Assembly (NCBI RefSeq): GCF_021869535.1
Contig: NW_026262740.1
Location: 124,001 to 188,000 of the forward strand
Length of the DNA stretch: 64,000 nt
Direction of reading: 5' to 3'
Origin: Mytilus californianus
Lineage: Eukaryota
Below, piece after piece: positions 37,126 through 49,169 of this stretch (positions are counted from its first letter, which is position 1; each line of letters starts with the position of its first letter). The notes below the pieces were generated by a model. It saw only the letters and a program-made list of their open reading frames with translations, made no database searches and was not told the DNA's origin. A program made the position numbers and the translations under genes.

Positions 37126-39296
37126 AGTGTAGAAACAATATGTACGAAGTAAAATCAAATAATAAAGTGGTCTAATGATAATGTTAAGGTTAATGATAAG
37201 TTTAACGACAGGGATCATGTTAAGTACAAGATAACGTGTAAGGATAAGGTTATGTATAAGGTTAAGGTTAGGTATAAGGTTGAGGGTAATGATAAGGATA
37301 AGGTTAAGTATAAGGTTGAGGGTAATGATAAGGATAAGGTTGAGGGTAATGATAAGGATAAGGTTAGGTATAAGGTTGAGGGTAATGATAAGGATAAGGT
37401 TAAGTATAAGGTTGAGGGTAATGATAAGGATAAGGTTAAGTATAAGGTTGAGGGTAATGATAAGGATAAGGTTAGGTATAAGGTTGAGGGTAATGATAAG
37501 GATAAGGTTAAGTATAAGGTTGAGGGTAATGATAAGGATAAGGTTAAGGGTAATGATAAGGATAAGGTTAGGTTTAAGGGTAATGATAATGATAAGGTTA
37601 AGTATAAGGTTGAGGGTAATGATAAGGATAAGTTTAAGTATAAGGTTAAAGGTAATGATAAGGATAAGGTTAGGTATAAAGTTGAGGGTAATGATAAGAA
37701 TAAGGATAAGGTTAAGTATAAGATTAAGGGTAATGATAAGGATTAGGTTAAGTAAAAGGTTAAAGGGATTGACAAGGATAAGGTTAAGTATAAGGTTGCG
37801 TCTGAGGATGAGGACAAGGATAAGTATAAAATTAGTTTTGAAGATAAAGAGAGGTGTAAAGAGTGAGTGTTGATTAACTTAAGATTATATATATTAATAT
37901 AGTAGCGGATAAGTTTATAGATTAGTATAAGTCATTGTATGAGGTTAAGATAGTATTTCAGACAAACAAATCATAAATACACAAGGACGAGTATGATAAC
38001 TCTTTAATATTCCATTTTCAATTCCTTTGCATTATCCTAAAATATAATCGTGTAAAATAAGATGCTTTCTATTTGCAAAAACATATTCATTTTGTTTGGA
38101 AGCAATGCATATCTGTATTGTGTAACGAGGACAAAAATGATTGGGTTGAGACTACTATGTAGAAACGATATGTACGAAGATAAATACAATAATACAGTCG
38201 ATTAAGGTTAATGATAAGTTTAACGGTAAAGATGAGGTTAAGTAAAGGTAACGTCTTAGGATAAGGTTACGTATAAGGTTAAGAGTAATGATAAGGATAA
38301 GTTTAAGTATAAGGTTATGGGTAATGATAAGGATAAGTTTAAGTATAAGGTTAAGGGTAATGATAAGGATAAGTTTAAGTATAAGATTAAGGGTATTGAT
38401 AAGGATAAATTTAAGTATGAGGTTGAGGGTAATGATAAGGATAAGTTTAAGTATAAGGTTAAGGGTAATGATAAGGATTAGGTTAAGTAAAAGGTTAAAG
38501 GGTTTGACAAGGATAAGGTTAAGTATAAGTTACGTCTGAGGACAAGGATAAGTATAAAATTAGTTTTGAAGATAAAGAGAGGTGTAAAGAGTGAGTGTTG
38601 ATAAACTTAAGATTATAGATATTAATATAGTAGCAGATAAGTCTATAGATTAGTATAAGTCATTGTATGAGGGTCAGATAGTATTTCAGACAAACAAATC
38701 ATAAATACACAAGGACGAGTATGATAACTCTTTAATATTCCATTTACAAAACCTTTGCATTATCTTAAAATATAGTCGTGTAAAATAAGATGCTTTCTAC
38801 TTGCAAAAACATATTCATTTTGTTGGGAAGCAACGCATATCTGTATTGTGTAACGAGGACAAAAATGATTGGGTTGAGATAACTATGTAGAAACGATATG
38901 TACGAAGTAAAATATAATAATACAGTCGTCTGATGATAAGATTAAGGTTAATGATAAGTTTAACGGTAAGGATGAGGTTAAGTACAAGGTAACGTCTAAG
39001 GATAAGGTTACGTATAAGGTTAAGGGTAATGATAAGGTTAAGTATAAGATTAAGGGTAATGATAAGGATAAGGTTAAGTAAAAGGTTAAGGGAATTGATA
39101 AGGATAAGGTTAAGTATAAGATTGCGTCTGAGGATGTGGATAAGGTTAAGTATAAGTTAGTCTGAGGACAAGGATAAGTATAAAATTAGTTTTGAAGATT
39201 AAGAGATGTGTAAAGAGTGAGTGTTGATAACCTTTAGATTATAGATATTAATATAGTAGCAGATAAGTCTATAGATTAGTATAAGTCATTGTATGA

Positions 39297-39719
39297 TTGA
39301 TTGATTGATTGTTGGTTGCTTAACGTCCAGTGGCAAATATTTCATGCATATTCAGGACGAGAACAAGTTCACAATAAATACAATAGGTAGGATCTGTAAT
39401 AGATTAAGGGATTAAGGTCGGAGAAATTTAGACTGCCACGGGAAATGAGGGTATATTGGATAGGAACAGAAATTTAGCCTTGCAACAGGTCACCTACGGA
39501 CCCCTCAAAGAGTTGTTGCAAGGGTTCTTAACGTGCAAAGAGCGTGGCACTCTCTTTACACGAGGCATCGGATTTAACGTCCCCATTCTGACCGGACGTG
39601 GCTGCAAATTTGTACATCCCGCACAGCCAAACGGACGCCCCACTTTAGCACGGGTTTTACTGCCGGTCGGAGGAAGACCAATGGTGACCATACTTCTATA
39701 CCCCAGTCACCCTTGGGGT
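39297..39719 (-). mobile_element. Young full-length SINE-like element with 13-bp TSD
   Basis: TSD AGTCATTGTATGA at 39284-39296 and 39720-39732; empty site present in neighbouring macrosatellite units. Confidence 0.95.
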
Positions 39720-40879
39720 AGTCATTGTATGAGGTTCAGATAGTATTTCAGACAAACAAATCATAAATACACAAGGACGAGTATGATAACTCTTTAATAT
39801 TCCATTTACAAAACCATTGCATTATTTTAAAATATAGTTGTGTAAAATAAGATGCTTTCTACTTGCAAAACATATTCATTTTGTTGGGAAGCAAGGTTAA
39901 TGATAAGTTTGACGGTAAGGATGAGGTTAAGTACAAGGTAACATCTAAGAATTAGGTTACGTATAAGGTTAAGGGTAATGATAAGTATAAGGTTAAGTAT
40001 AAGGTTAAACATGATTGGGTTTAGATTGCAGTGTTGAAACGAGGTAAGGGTTAGGTTAAGAATAAAATTACTTTTGAGATTAACAATAGGATTATGCAGT
40101 GGGTGTTGATAAACTTAAGATTAGAATATAATAGCAAATAAGTCTATAGATTATAAGTCATTGTGTAATGTTGAGATAGTAGATCAGACAAACGGACAAG
40201 GAACACTCAGAGAAGAGTTTTATTACTCCTCACCTTTGGGTAAGATCTTGTATTCATTTTACAAAACCTGTGCATTATTGCTAAATTTAAGTCGAGTAAA
40301 ATAAAATGGTTTTGACTTGCAATACAATCCATTTCTCTTGGAAGCAATGCATTTCTGTATTGTGTAAACGATGTAAAATATTATTGGATTAAGCATACGG
40401 TGTAGAAACGATATGTACAAAATAAGTACAATATGAGAAGTCGTCACAGAATACGGATTAGGTTAATAATGCAAATAAGGGTAAAGATGACGATACGGTT
40501 AAGTAAAAAAAAATACGTCTACGGTTAAATTCAGGGTTAAGTATTATGTTAACCTTCACCCTAACCATAACCCAAGGTGATTTTTTACGATTCCAAACGT
40601 AAAACAATGATTAACAATTTTGATTCTATGCAAGTTTTAAACACAATGACTGATTTTATTCTATCTCCTATCTTTTGATTTCCACCTTTTTAAAACATTT
40701 TAAACAGCAAACCATGTGTTGTTATGTTATTGATTTGTTGATGACACTATTCAACAAATTGCCTGACACTTTTCGTGTGCCTGAATGTACGTTTGTCCAA
40801 AACTGGCTAGTGTACTGTTTATATACACATGCTCCTCAATGTATTTAAACTTTGTTTGATATATAATACCGCTTATTAT

Positions 40880-41790
40880 TCCCTTTTTCAGGTAATTTCC
40901 AGAATTTTGCGAGTAGTACCAAGGTTGTAGCCTCAAGAGAGATTAGTAAGTAACGTTTTTCATTATACGATAATTGAAAAGACATTATCCATGAAGGTAG
41001 AATAAATAAGGTTTGAATGAATAAACAAATCAATAGAAGTATCTTTATGGGTTCAGTGAAAAGAGAATAGAACACCAGATTTATTATAAAACTACAAGTT
41101 TTTATACTCAATTTCATATGTAATCATGTACAAAACCAAATCCAATATTAAAGTCATCTGAGGATAAAGATAAGGTTAAAGCTAAGTATAAGGGTAGGGA
41201 TAATGTTAAGTATAAGGTTTAGTATAATGTAAAAAGTTAGGGTTAGGGTTTGATTTCAATAACTTTGTCATTCCTTTTTTCAGGTCATTCTAGTATTTTC
41301 AGAGTAGTACCAAGGTTGTAGCTTCAAGAGAGATCAGTGAGTAATGTTTTCTCATTATACGAAAAATTAAAAAGACATTATCCATTAAGGTAGAAGCAAT
41401 ACGGTTTGAATGAATAAACAAATCAATAGAAGTATCCTAATTTGTTCAGTGAAAAGAGAATAGAACACCAGATCTATTATAAATCTGCAAGTTGAACATG
41501 TACTCATGTACAAAACCAAATCCAATATTAAAGTTATCTTTTTTCAGGTCATTTTCCGAGTAGTACCGAGGTTGTAGCTTCAAGAGAGATTGGTAAGTAA
41601 TATTTTTTCATTATACTAAAATCAAAAAGGCATTGTCCATGAAGGTAGAATAAATAAGGTTTGAATGCATAAACAAATCAATAGCAGTATCCTTATGGGT
41701 TTAGTGAAAAGAGAATAGAACCAGATCTATTATAAATCTGCAAGTTGGACATGTAATCATGTACATAACAAAATCCAATATTAAAGTAGT
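40880..41790. repeat. Three ~260-bp degenerate direct repeats embedded in the macrosatellite region
   Basis: TTTTTCAGGT(A/C)ATT..GAGTAGTACC(A/G)AGGTTGTAGC..CAAGAGAGA..CCAATATTAAAGT at ~40885, 41276 and 41541. Confidence 0.8.
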
Positions 41791-42970
41791 CTGATGATCA
41801 GGATAAGGTTAAGAATAAGGTTACGTCTAAGGATGAAGATGAAGTTAAGGGTAATGAGATGGTTAAGGTTAAGTACACGATTATGTCTGAGGACAAGGTT
41901 AAGGATAAGATTACGTCTAAGGACAAAAATTATGATGATTATAAGGTTAAGGTTAATGATTGATAATTATAACATTTCGTCTGACGATAAGGTGAAGTAT
42001 AAAATTACTTTTGAGGATAAAGAAAAGATTAAGCAGTGAGTGTTGATAAACTTAAGATTATAATATAGTAGAAGTCTAAAGTTGAATATAAGTCATTGTA
42101 TACGGTTGAAATAGTAAGAAATGTATGATCACTCCACATTTTTGGATAATATCTTGTATTGCATTTACAAAAACTTTGCATTATTTTTAAATAAAAGTCA
42201 TATAAAATTAGATGCTTTCTACTTGTAATACATATTCATTTATCATGGAAGCAATGCATTTCTGTATTGTGTAAACGTTTGAGTGGGTTAAGATTGCAGT
42301 GTAGAAACGATATGTACGAAATAAAATCCAATATTATAAATCACCTAAGGATAAGGATAAGTTTAATAATTAGTTTAAGGATAAGGTTAAGTACAATGTT
42401 AGGTCTAAAAGGAGAAGATAAGGAAAGATATAAGGTTAAGGGTAATGATAGGTATAATGTTAAGTATAAGATTATGTCTGAGGGTAAGGTTAAGCATAAA
42501 AAAAAATTGAGAATAAAGATATGATTGAGGAATGATTGTTGATAAACGTAAGATAATAATATAGTATCGGATAAGTCCAAAGGATTAGGGTTAGGTCTAT
42601 AGACAAAATCGGGGTGTAGACTTAGACAGAAGGGTATATTAAGGTTGTGATATGGCTGACGTAGGAATATTTGAGGGTAAGGGTTAGGGTAAGGGTTAGA
42701 CAGAACTTTTTTTTTCCACAAAATGTATAATTGATCAGGTGGATATGATGGAGCTCTGAATAATGGAATATTTGAACTATCCTTATGCATTCGTTGGATT
42801 CGAATCTCATATCGAATTTAGACAAGCTATCATTTTTTGTCAAAATGAAAACCTAGATGTCCTGGACTTTATGTTAAACGGAGAAGAATACATAGCTATT
42901 TTTTGTGAGGTCGGCTTTGATGATTTAATAGTTTACTGCCAATTGCACAGTCTTGATTTTGTTTATTTTG

Positions 42971-43390
42971 ATTGATTGATTGTTGGTTGCTTAACGTCCA
43001 GTGGCAAATATTTCATGCATATTCAGGACGAGAACAAGTTCACAATAAATACAATAGGTAGGTTCTGTAATAGATTAAGGGATTATGGTCGGAGAAATTT
43101 AGACTGCCACGGGAAATGAGGGTATGTTGGATAGGGACAGAAATTTAGCCTTGCAACAGGTCACCTACGGACCCCTCAAAGAGTTGTTGCAAGGGTTCTT
43201 AACGTGCAAAGAGCGTGGCACTCTCTTTACACGAGGCATCGGATTTAACGTCCCCATTCTGACCGGACGTGGCTGCAAATTTGTACATCCCGCACAGCCA
43301 AACGGACGCCCCACTTTAGCACGGGTTTTACTGCCGGTCGGAGGAAGACCAATGGTGACCATACTTCTATTCCCCAGTCACCCTTGGGGG
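42971..43390 (-). mobile_element. Young full-length SINE-like element with 12-bp TSD
   Basis: TSD TTGTTTATTTTG at 42959-42970 and 43391-43402. Confidence 0.95.
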
Positions 43391-43592
43391 TTGTTTATTT
43401 TGTTTTTGACGACGACAATTAAGTAGAAATATTCTTCACATACAATTTGAATGGACTAAGAACAAGGTAAATATGTATATCTTCTGGTGTTAAGATAAGA
43501 GACAGAAACACATAAGTCCTAAACAAACTGACAAAACCATGGCAAAACCGATAACCACTTAAAGATTAACAGTAAATCATAAAAGGCTAAAT

Positions 43593-44018
43593 TGATTGAT
43601 TGATTGTTGGTTGCTTAACGTCCAGTGGCAAATATTTCATGCATATTCAGGACGAGAACAAGTTAACAATAAATACAATAGGTAGGTTCTGTAATAGGGG
43701 CTTCCGGGATTAAGGTCGGAGAAATTTAGACTGCCACGGGAAATGAGGGTATATTGGATAGGGACAGAAATTTAGCCTTGTAACAGGTCACATACGGACC
43801 CCTCAAAGAGTTGTTGCAAGGGTTCTTAACGTGCAAAGAGCGTGGCACTCTCTTTACACGAGGCATCGGATTTAACGTCCCCATTCTGACCGGACGTGGC
43901 TGCAAATTTGTACATCCCGCACAGCCGAAAGGACGCCCCACTTTAGCAAGGGTTTTACTGCCGGTCGGAGGAAGACCAATGATGACCATACTTCTATACC
44001 CCAGTCACCCTTGGGGGG
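43593..44018 (-). mobile_element. Young full-length SINE-like element with 15-bp TSD
   Basis: TSD CATAAAAGGCTAAAT at 43578-43592 and 44019-44033. Confidence 0.95.
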
Positions 44019-45033
44019 CATAAAAGGCTAAATATAAAGAATTTAAAACTAAATAATTTCAAGTCAACCAGGATGCCATTTGTTTGCAATTGATAACAAT
44101 TTTCAAGAAGCACAAATTTTCTTAAGCATACGTAGAGAAGTAGGTTACGATGAAGGTAAGGAATATGATACGATATGAACAAAATGAAATTGTTACCAAG
44201 AGTTTATCTGAGGACAAGGATTAGAGTAATGATATAAATAAGGTCAAGTTTAGGGTAAAGGAACAAGAATAAATTGAAAGAAAAAATAAGTTAATTAAAA
44301 ACCATTTTTCATAGAACAATTGCGTGTGGATCAGGACAACGTAAACAATAAGATTGTGGATAAGAAATGTTAAAAACGGTAATGATTATTAATGACGTCA
44401 GCTTTAACCTATACTGAAAAGCAGTTATGACTGCCAATTTACCTGCCGGTTTTCTAGTTTTACTATTTAATTCATATTATTATCAAGTTCAAACGTTTAG
44501 CATAACATTCGGGTATCATTTTGAATACACATACTTTAACGATATTCATATTCTACTTTTTTACTGAGGACATTGAGCTTACTGTCAATCCTGAAATTAG
44601 GAATAGAGCTTGGGGTAAATAAAAAATTGGAAAATATTGGCTAGTCAAGCTCATTAGTCGAAAATGAACTGATAATATCATACAATAGCAAAATGAAGAA
44701 CGACCGAAAAATAAATAACAGCCTACATAGAAAACTGAGATTGAACAACACAAACTTCATTGGTAAAGATGAGTCATCGCAATGTTACAGGAAGGAGTGA
44801 TGGTATGACTGGGGATACGTTGTACTGCAAGATGTGATCCAGGATAAATTTAAGAATGAATACAGAGTTTAAGGATAAGTCTTAGTTTTAAATGACGAAT
44901 TAGTCGCTTAAGTTAGGGTTTAAAACAGCGGTAACTTGCTGGCTAAAAGCAATGTAAATTGAAAGTTTGAGTTTTCAAAACAAGAGTTATCACAAGGCAA
45001 ACCAACGTTTTTCTAATTTTTTCAGATTGAGTC

Positions 45034-45100
45034 ATGGCAAACCCAACTGAAACACAATCAACAGAAAACTACAAAAGTTCTGATGATGAATCAGAAAGTG
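45034..45100 (+). CDS. First coding exon of a coiled-coil protein (MANPTETQSTENYKSSDDESES)
   Basis: Acceptor TTTTTTCAG at 45025, ATG at 45034, donor GTAAGC at 45101; phase 1 joins in frame to 46329. Confidence 0.7.
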
Positions 45101-46328
45101 GTAAGCTATCGAAGTTTTAAAGTCAAAACATATCAATGAGACATGAGATACATTTATTGTCTTTATAAGTATATTGAACAGAAAGTTGAATCTTCGCTTT
45201 TACCTCAACCCTAAACCTGAAGTTTTTGAGTTTCAATAGTCTTGTAAAAAATAATTGCATTCATAATATCGAATACCTCCTCCTCCTTTCCTATAATGGA
45301 AATAACGTACTGTATCGTCCTAAGAGAGAACGATACACATAATTTTATACGACTAAAACGAATCTTATGTTCTCATAAAAGAGAAGCAAAAGATATCAAA
45401 GGGACATTCAAACTCACAAGTCGAAAATAAACTGACAACGCCATGGCTAAAAAAGAAAAAGACAAGCAAAAAATAGTTCACCAAACACAACATAAAAATT
45501 GAGGAACACGAAACCCATCAAAAATGTGGGTGATGTTATGTCGTTATTTCATTTTGTCTCTAAAAAAGGCACATATCGGGTGATTCACTACAGTTCAATT
45601 ATTATTGATTCAATTCTAACATCTATAGGCCACCGACCATTCCTCTTTTGAGGTTGAGGTGGATCATTGACGATCACAAAAAAGATTGGGCTTAGACTGA
45701 CGTTTAATAACGACATGTTCGAAATAGAATTTGATATTAAAGTAGTTCGAGGATAAGGGTATGGTTAATGAATAGTATAAGTTGTTGTCTATGGATAAAG
45801 ATTAGGTTAAGTTTAAGGAAAACAATAAGTATAAGTTTTACATTACGGGTTAGTATAAAGATATATCAAAGGATATAAGGTTGTAAGGGTAATGATGGGG
45901 ATTATGTTTGGTTGAAGGTTATATCTAAGTTTCAGGAGAATGATAGGGATAAGGTTGAATAAAATGTTATAGTGCTAATAAGGTAAAGCTGTAAAATGCG
46001 AACTAAAATCTAATTATAAAGTCTGAGGAATGAGGGTGAGGTAAATTATAAAATGCAGATAAGAATACGTTTAGAGATGAGGTTAAGTGATGCTATCAGG
46101 GTTAGGCAAATAATTCAAGTAAACGCATCCGGCAAACGCAAATGATCACTCTATGGTTTTGGATAAGATCGTGTTTTCTATTTACGAAGTAATTGTATGA
46201 TTGCAAAGTTATTAATCACCCATTACGAACAGATAGTCGATGCTCAGGAAAAACAAAGCAAAACATTAAAAACACTCTTGTAAGCTGATAGTTCATATTG
46301 ATCCATCACCTCTTTCTTTTTTTTTTAG

Positions 46329-46870
46329 AATGTATATCACTTTCAAACTTAGAACTGATAGTTCAACGGAAGTTTGACAAATTCAAAGAAGAAATTCTCG
46401 AGGAAAACAGAAGCGCCCTTTCAGGGCTAATAAACGACAATGAAAAAAAAAGAACGGAAGTGGTGAACTTGAAAAACAAAAACAAAGAGTTGGAAAGAAA
46501 TCAAATAGAATTACAAAGTGAAATTAACACAATAAAGACAGAAATAGAGAAGAAGGACATGGACACGGATGTTGATGAAAACCAAAATGAATCTCAGAAC
46601 CAGAATGAAATAGCCTTGTTAGGTGTTACCATCGCAACATACAACATTGAACTGAAAAAAATCAAGAATGACATTGACATGTATAACAAAACTAATGACC
46701 AAGCTTTGGAAAATATTAGAAAAGATCTAACCATGTTGAAATCTTCTCAAAAAGATGAGATTGAGAGCTGTCTGAACAATGCAACATTGAGCCACTTCAA
46801 AGATTGTAGTGCTAAAGTTGTCTCTGTCGAATTAGTCTTTATGCTCAAATGCTTTACCGAAATGCGTTAA
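46329..46870 (+). CDS. Coiled-coil-rich exon, uncharacterised protein
   Basis: T-run acceptor AG at 46327-46328; ~180 open codons with an E/K/N/Q-rich heptad character (VVNLKNKNKELERNQIELQSEINTIKTEIEK). The 3' boundary (stop at 46870 or an internal donor) is uncertain. Confidence 0.7.
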
Positions 46871-47210
46871 AGCTACAGTACGTAGTCGGGCATAACAATA
46901 GATATGCCGGATTCCGGTTTGACGGAAATGAAAAATTCCGACTATTTTCTACAGATTCAGGTGTGACCGGTGATAAAATTGTCCCTTGATCTTTATCTGT
47001 GCTACATGACCTAACGCTTCACTGATTTTTGTTTACCTAAACTGTGATTTAAACAGATGATGACGGAAGAGGACAAAGATATTATTATAAAATTTTTTTT
47101 TTTAATTTGTTGATGTATGCGACTTTGGTAGTGATTCAGGTGTTTGCGCAAGCTCGGTTTCTCTGCTCTTCATTAGTAAGTAGTCTCCACTGTCTAAAAC
47201 CTCTCATGTT

Positions 47211-47360
47211 TCAGTGGTATCTGAGCTACTGCCATACGTAACTGGTCAACGCTCGCCGATACATGTCCATGGACACTTGGTTGTAAAGCAGGAAGCAAAA
47301 AATGACCTGGATGACCCATTATTTAACTGTGATATACCATATACTGATTTTAGATCTAAT
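47211..47360 (+). mobile_element. Possible decayed non-LTR retrotransposon RNase H C-terminal fragment
   Basis: Translation IHVHGHLVVKQEAKNDLDDPLFNCDIPYTDFRSN resembles, from memory, the ..AK.AL......IPYTDF.. end of I-group LINE RNase H. Short and degenerate. Confidence 0.35.
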
Positions 47361-47406
47361 CAAATAATGATCGAAAATAAACTGACAACGCCATGGCTAA
47401 AAAAGA

Positions 47407-47832
47407 TTGATTGATTGTTGGTTGCTTAACGTCCAGTGGCAAATATTTCATGCATGTTCAGGACGAGAACAAATTAACAATAAATACAATAGGTAGGTCC
47501 TGTAATAAAGGCCGTCCGGGATAAAGGTCGGGGAAATTTGGACTGCCACGGGAAAATGAGGGTATATTGGATAAGGACAGAAATTTAGCCTTGCAACAGG
47601 TCACCTACGGACCCCTCAAAGAGTTGTTGCAAGGGTTCTTAACGTGCAAAGAATGTGGCACTCTCTTTACACGAGGCATCGGATTTAACGTCCCCATTCT
47701 GACCGGACGTGACTGCGAACTTGTACATCCCGCACAGCCAAACGGACGCCCCACTTTAGCGAGGGTTTTACCGCCGGTCGGAGGAAGACCAATGGTGACC
47801 ATATTTCTATTCCCCAGTCACCCTTGGGGTGA
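47407..47832 (-). mobile_element. Young full-length SINE-like element with 12-bp TSD
   Basis: TSD GGCTAAAAAAGA at 47395-47406 and 47833-47844. Confidence 0.95.
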
Positions 47833-48092
47833 GGCTAAAAAAGAAAGAGACAAACAGACAAATAATAGTAAACAAGAAACAACATAAAAAACTAGACAAC
47901 ACGCACCCCAACAAAATCTAGGGGTTATCTCAAGTGCTCCGGAAGGGTAAGCAGATCCTGCTCCACATGTGGCACCCGTCGTGTTGCTCATGTTATTACA
48001 GACCCGGTAAATAGTCTATTTCGGTAGGTCACATTCGTGAAAAGGGAACGGGATTGTAGTTACGACATAAGGAACATATCCGATATCACCTG

Positions 48093-48335
48093 GGGGCATC
48101 GGTGGCCAAGTGGTCTAAGTAGTTACTACTGTAATCACTAGCCAGTCAACACTGAGGTTGCGAGTTCGAACCCCGCTCGTGCGGGTGCACTCGACTCCAA
48201 TCTTAATTGACTAGGGTTGTCAGTTTTCCTATCGAAGGTCGGTGGTTTTCTCCGGATTCCTCCACCAATAAAAACTGGCCGCCACGAAATAGACCAAAAG
48301 TGGCGTTAAATCACCAACAATCAAAATCAAATCCG
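48093..48335 (+). mobile_element. tRNA-derived SINE with V-domain-like core
   Basis: A box TGGCCAAGTGG (48103-48113) and B box GAGTTCGAACCC (48162-48173). Core GGTGGTTTTCTCCGG..TTCCTCCACCAATAAAA resembles the V-SINE domain. CAAAAT tail; TSD ATCACCTG at 48085-48092 and 48336-48343. Confidence 0.8.
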
Positions 48336-48761
48336 ATCACCTGTGAAACGGCTATTCCATAACAGTCAACCAACTCGTGATGGCGTCCGTAAAATTAACG
48401 AAGGGAAGATGTCAACTTCACCATTTGGAACTATTGATTTAATAGCTTCCTTCTGAGCAGCAACCCTCTATCAATTGTATCAATTGGGAAATACATACTC
48501 CGTATCCAGGCGCTGCTTGAATGTTGTTACATAGAAATGGAAGGTTCACAATTTGGAAGCTGAAATCATCTCTTTTTTTATGTCCATTTCTAGAACATTG
48601 TTTAATTAAAATTTATTAAAAGAAATAGAAATTAATGGCCGTATGTACATCACAAAATCTACCGATGCATCTAGGAAGTTTTAATGCATGATAGGACCTA
48701 GGTTTACAAAAGGTATATGTAGTTTATGTTCCTAACATGGACTAAGCATCAAATGTTATCT

Positions 48762-49169
48762 ACCCCCAAGGGTGACTGGGGAATAGAAGTACGGTCACCA
48801 TTGGTCTTCCTCCGACCGGCAGTAAAACCCTTGCTAAAGTGGGGCGTCCATTTGGCTGTGCGGGATGTACAAATTTGCAGCCACGTCCGGTCAGAATGGG
48901 GACGTTAAATCCGATGCCACGCTCTTTGCACGTTAAGAACCCTTGCAACTACTCTTTGAGGGGTCCGTAGGTGACCTGTTGCAAGGCTAAATTTCTGTCC
49001 CTATCCAATATACCCTCATTTTCCCGTGGTAGTCTAAATTTCGCCGACCTTAACCCCGGACGCCCCTATTACAGAACCTATCTTTTGTATTTATTATTAT
49101 TTTGTTCTCGTCCTGAATATGCATGAAATATTTGCCACTGGACGTTAAGCAACCAACAATCAATCGATT
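48762..49169 (+). mobile_element. Young SINE-like element with 11-bp TSD and a short internal deletion
   Basis: TSD AAATGTTATCT at 48751-48761 and 49170-49180. Confidence 0.95.

Larger units (their letters stand above)
37129..42710 (+). repeat. Macrosatellite (~0.7-1.0-kb units, decaying rightwards) containing variable-length arrays of TTAGGG-like hexamers
   Basis: The unit anchor GTAGAAAC(A/G)ATATGTAC recurs at ~37129, 38159, 38886, 40401 and 42301. The internal 36-bp repeat TAAGGT-TAAGTA-TAAGGT-TGAGGG-TAATGA-TAAGGA is longest at ~37250-37790 and C-free. Exact GGGTTAGGG motifs at ~41240 and ~42680. Confidence 0.85.
47365..48577 (-). mobile_element. Penelope-like retroelement 3' remnant (RT C-terminal part plus 3' region), hosting two SINE insertions
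   Basis: The minus strand at ~48575-48345 translates KRDDFSFQIVNLPFLCNNIQAAPGYGVCISQLI..DRGLLLRRKLLNQ*FQMVKLTSSLR*FYGRHHELVD. This matches the KRDDF.F.IVNFPFL.SNIP...AYGVYISQLIRY motif of marine-invertebrate Penelope-like RTs. Stops and a deletion are present. Shorter pieces of its terminal part occur at ~43500-43590 and ~45410-45530. Confidence 0.7.

Noticed and set aside
37252-37873. KVEGNDKDKVKY-repeat (164 aa) and RIRL-repeat (197 aa) ORFs as genes
   Set aside because: The open frames follow automatically from a C-free hexamer repeat; there are no splice signals and array lengths differ between units. Kept only as a testable aside in the macrosatellite finding.
39456-39743. Recurrent ORFs MDRDRNLALQQVTYGPLKELLQG... 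and MVTIGLPPTGSK... (also at ~17.9, 20.0, 32.9, 43.1, 43.8, 47.6, 48.8, 52.9, 53.6 and 60.7 kb) as a protein family
   Set aside because: They are both-strand translations of the same ~420-bp SINE-like repeat; the stops fall in unrelated flanks and older copies are frameshifted.
41236-42690. True telomere or chromosome end
   Set aside because: Only two or three exact TTAGGG units at a time, internal to the scaffold and flanked by ordinary sequence.
48093-48180. tRNA gene
   Set aside because: A and B boxes are present but there is no cloverleaf; it continues into a V-domain-like core, tail and TSD, so it is a SINE head.
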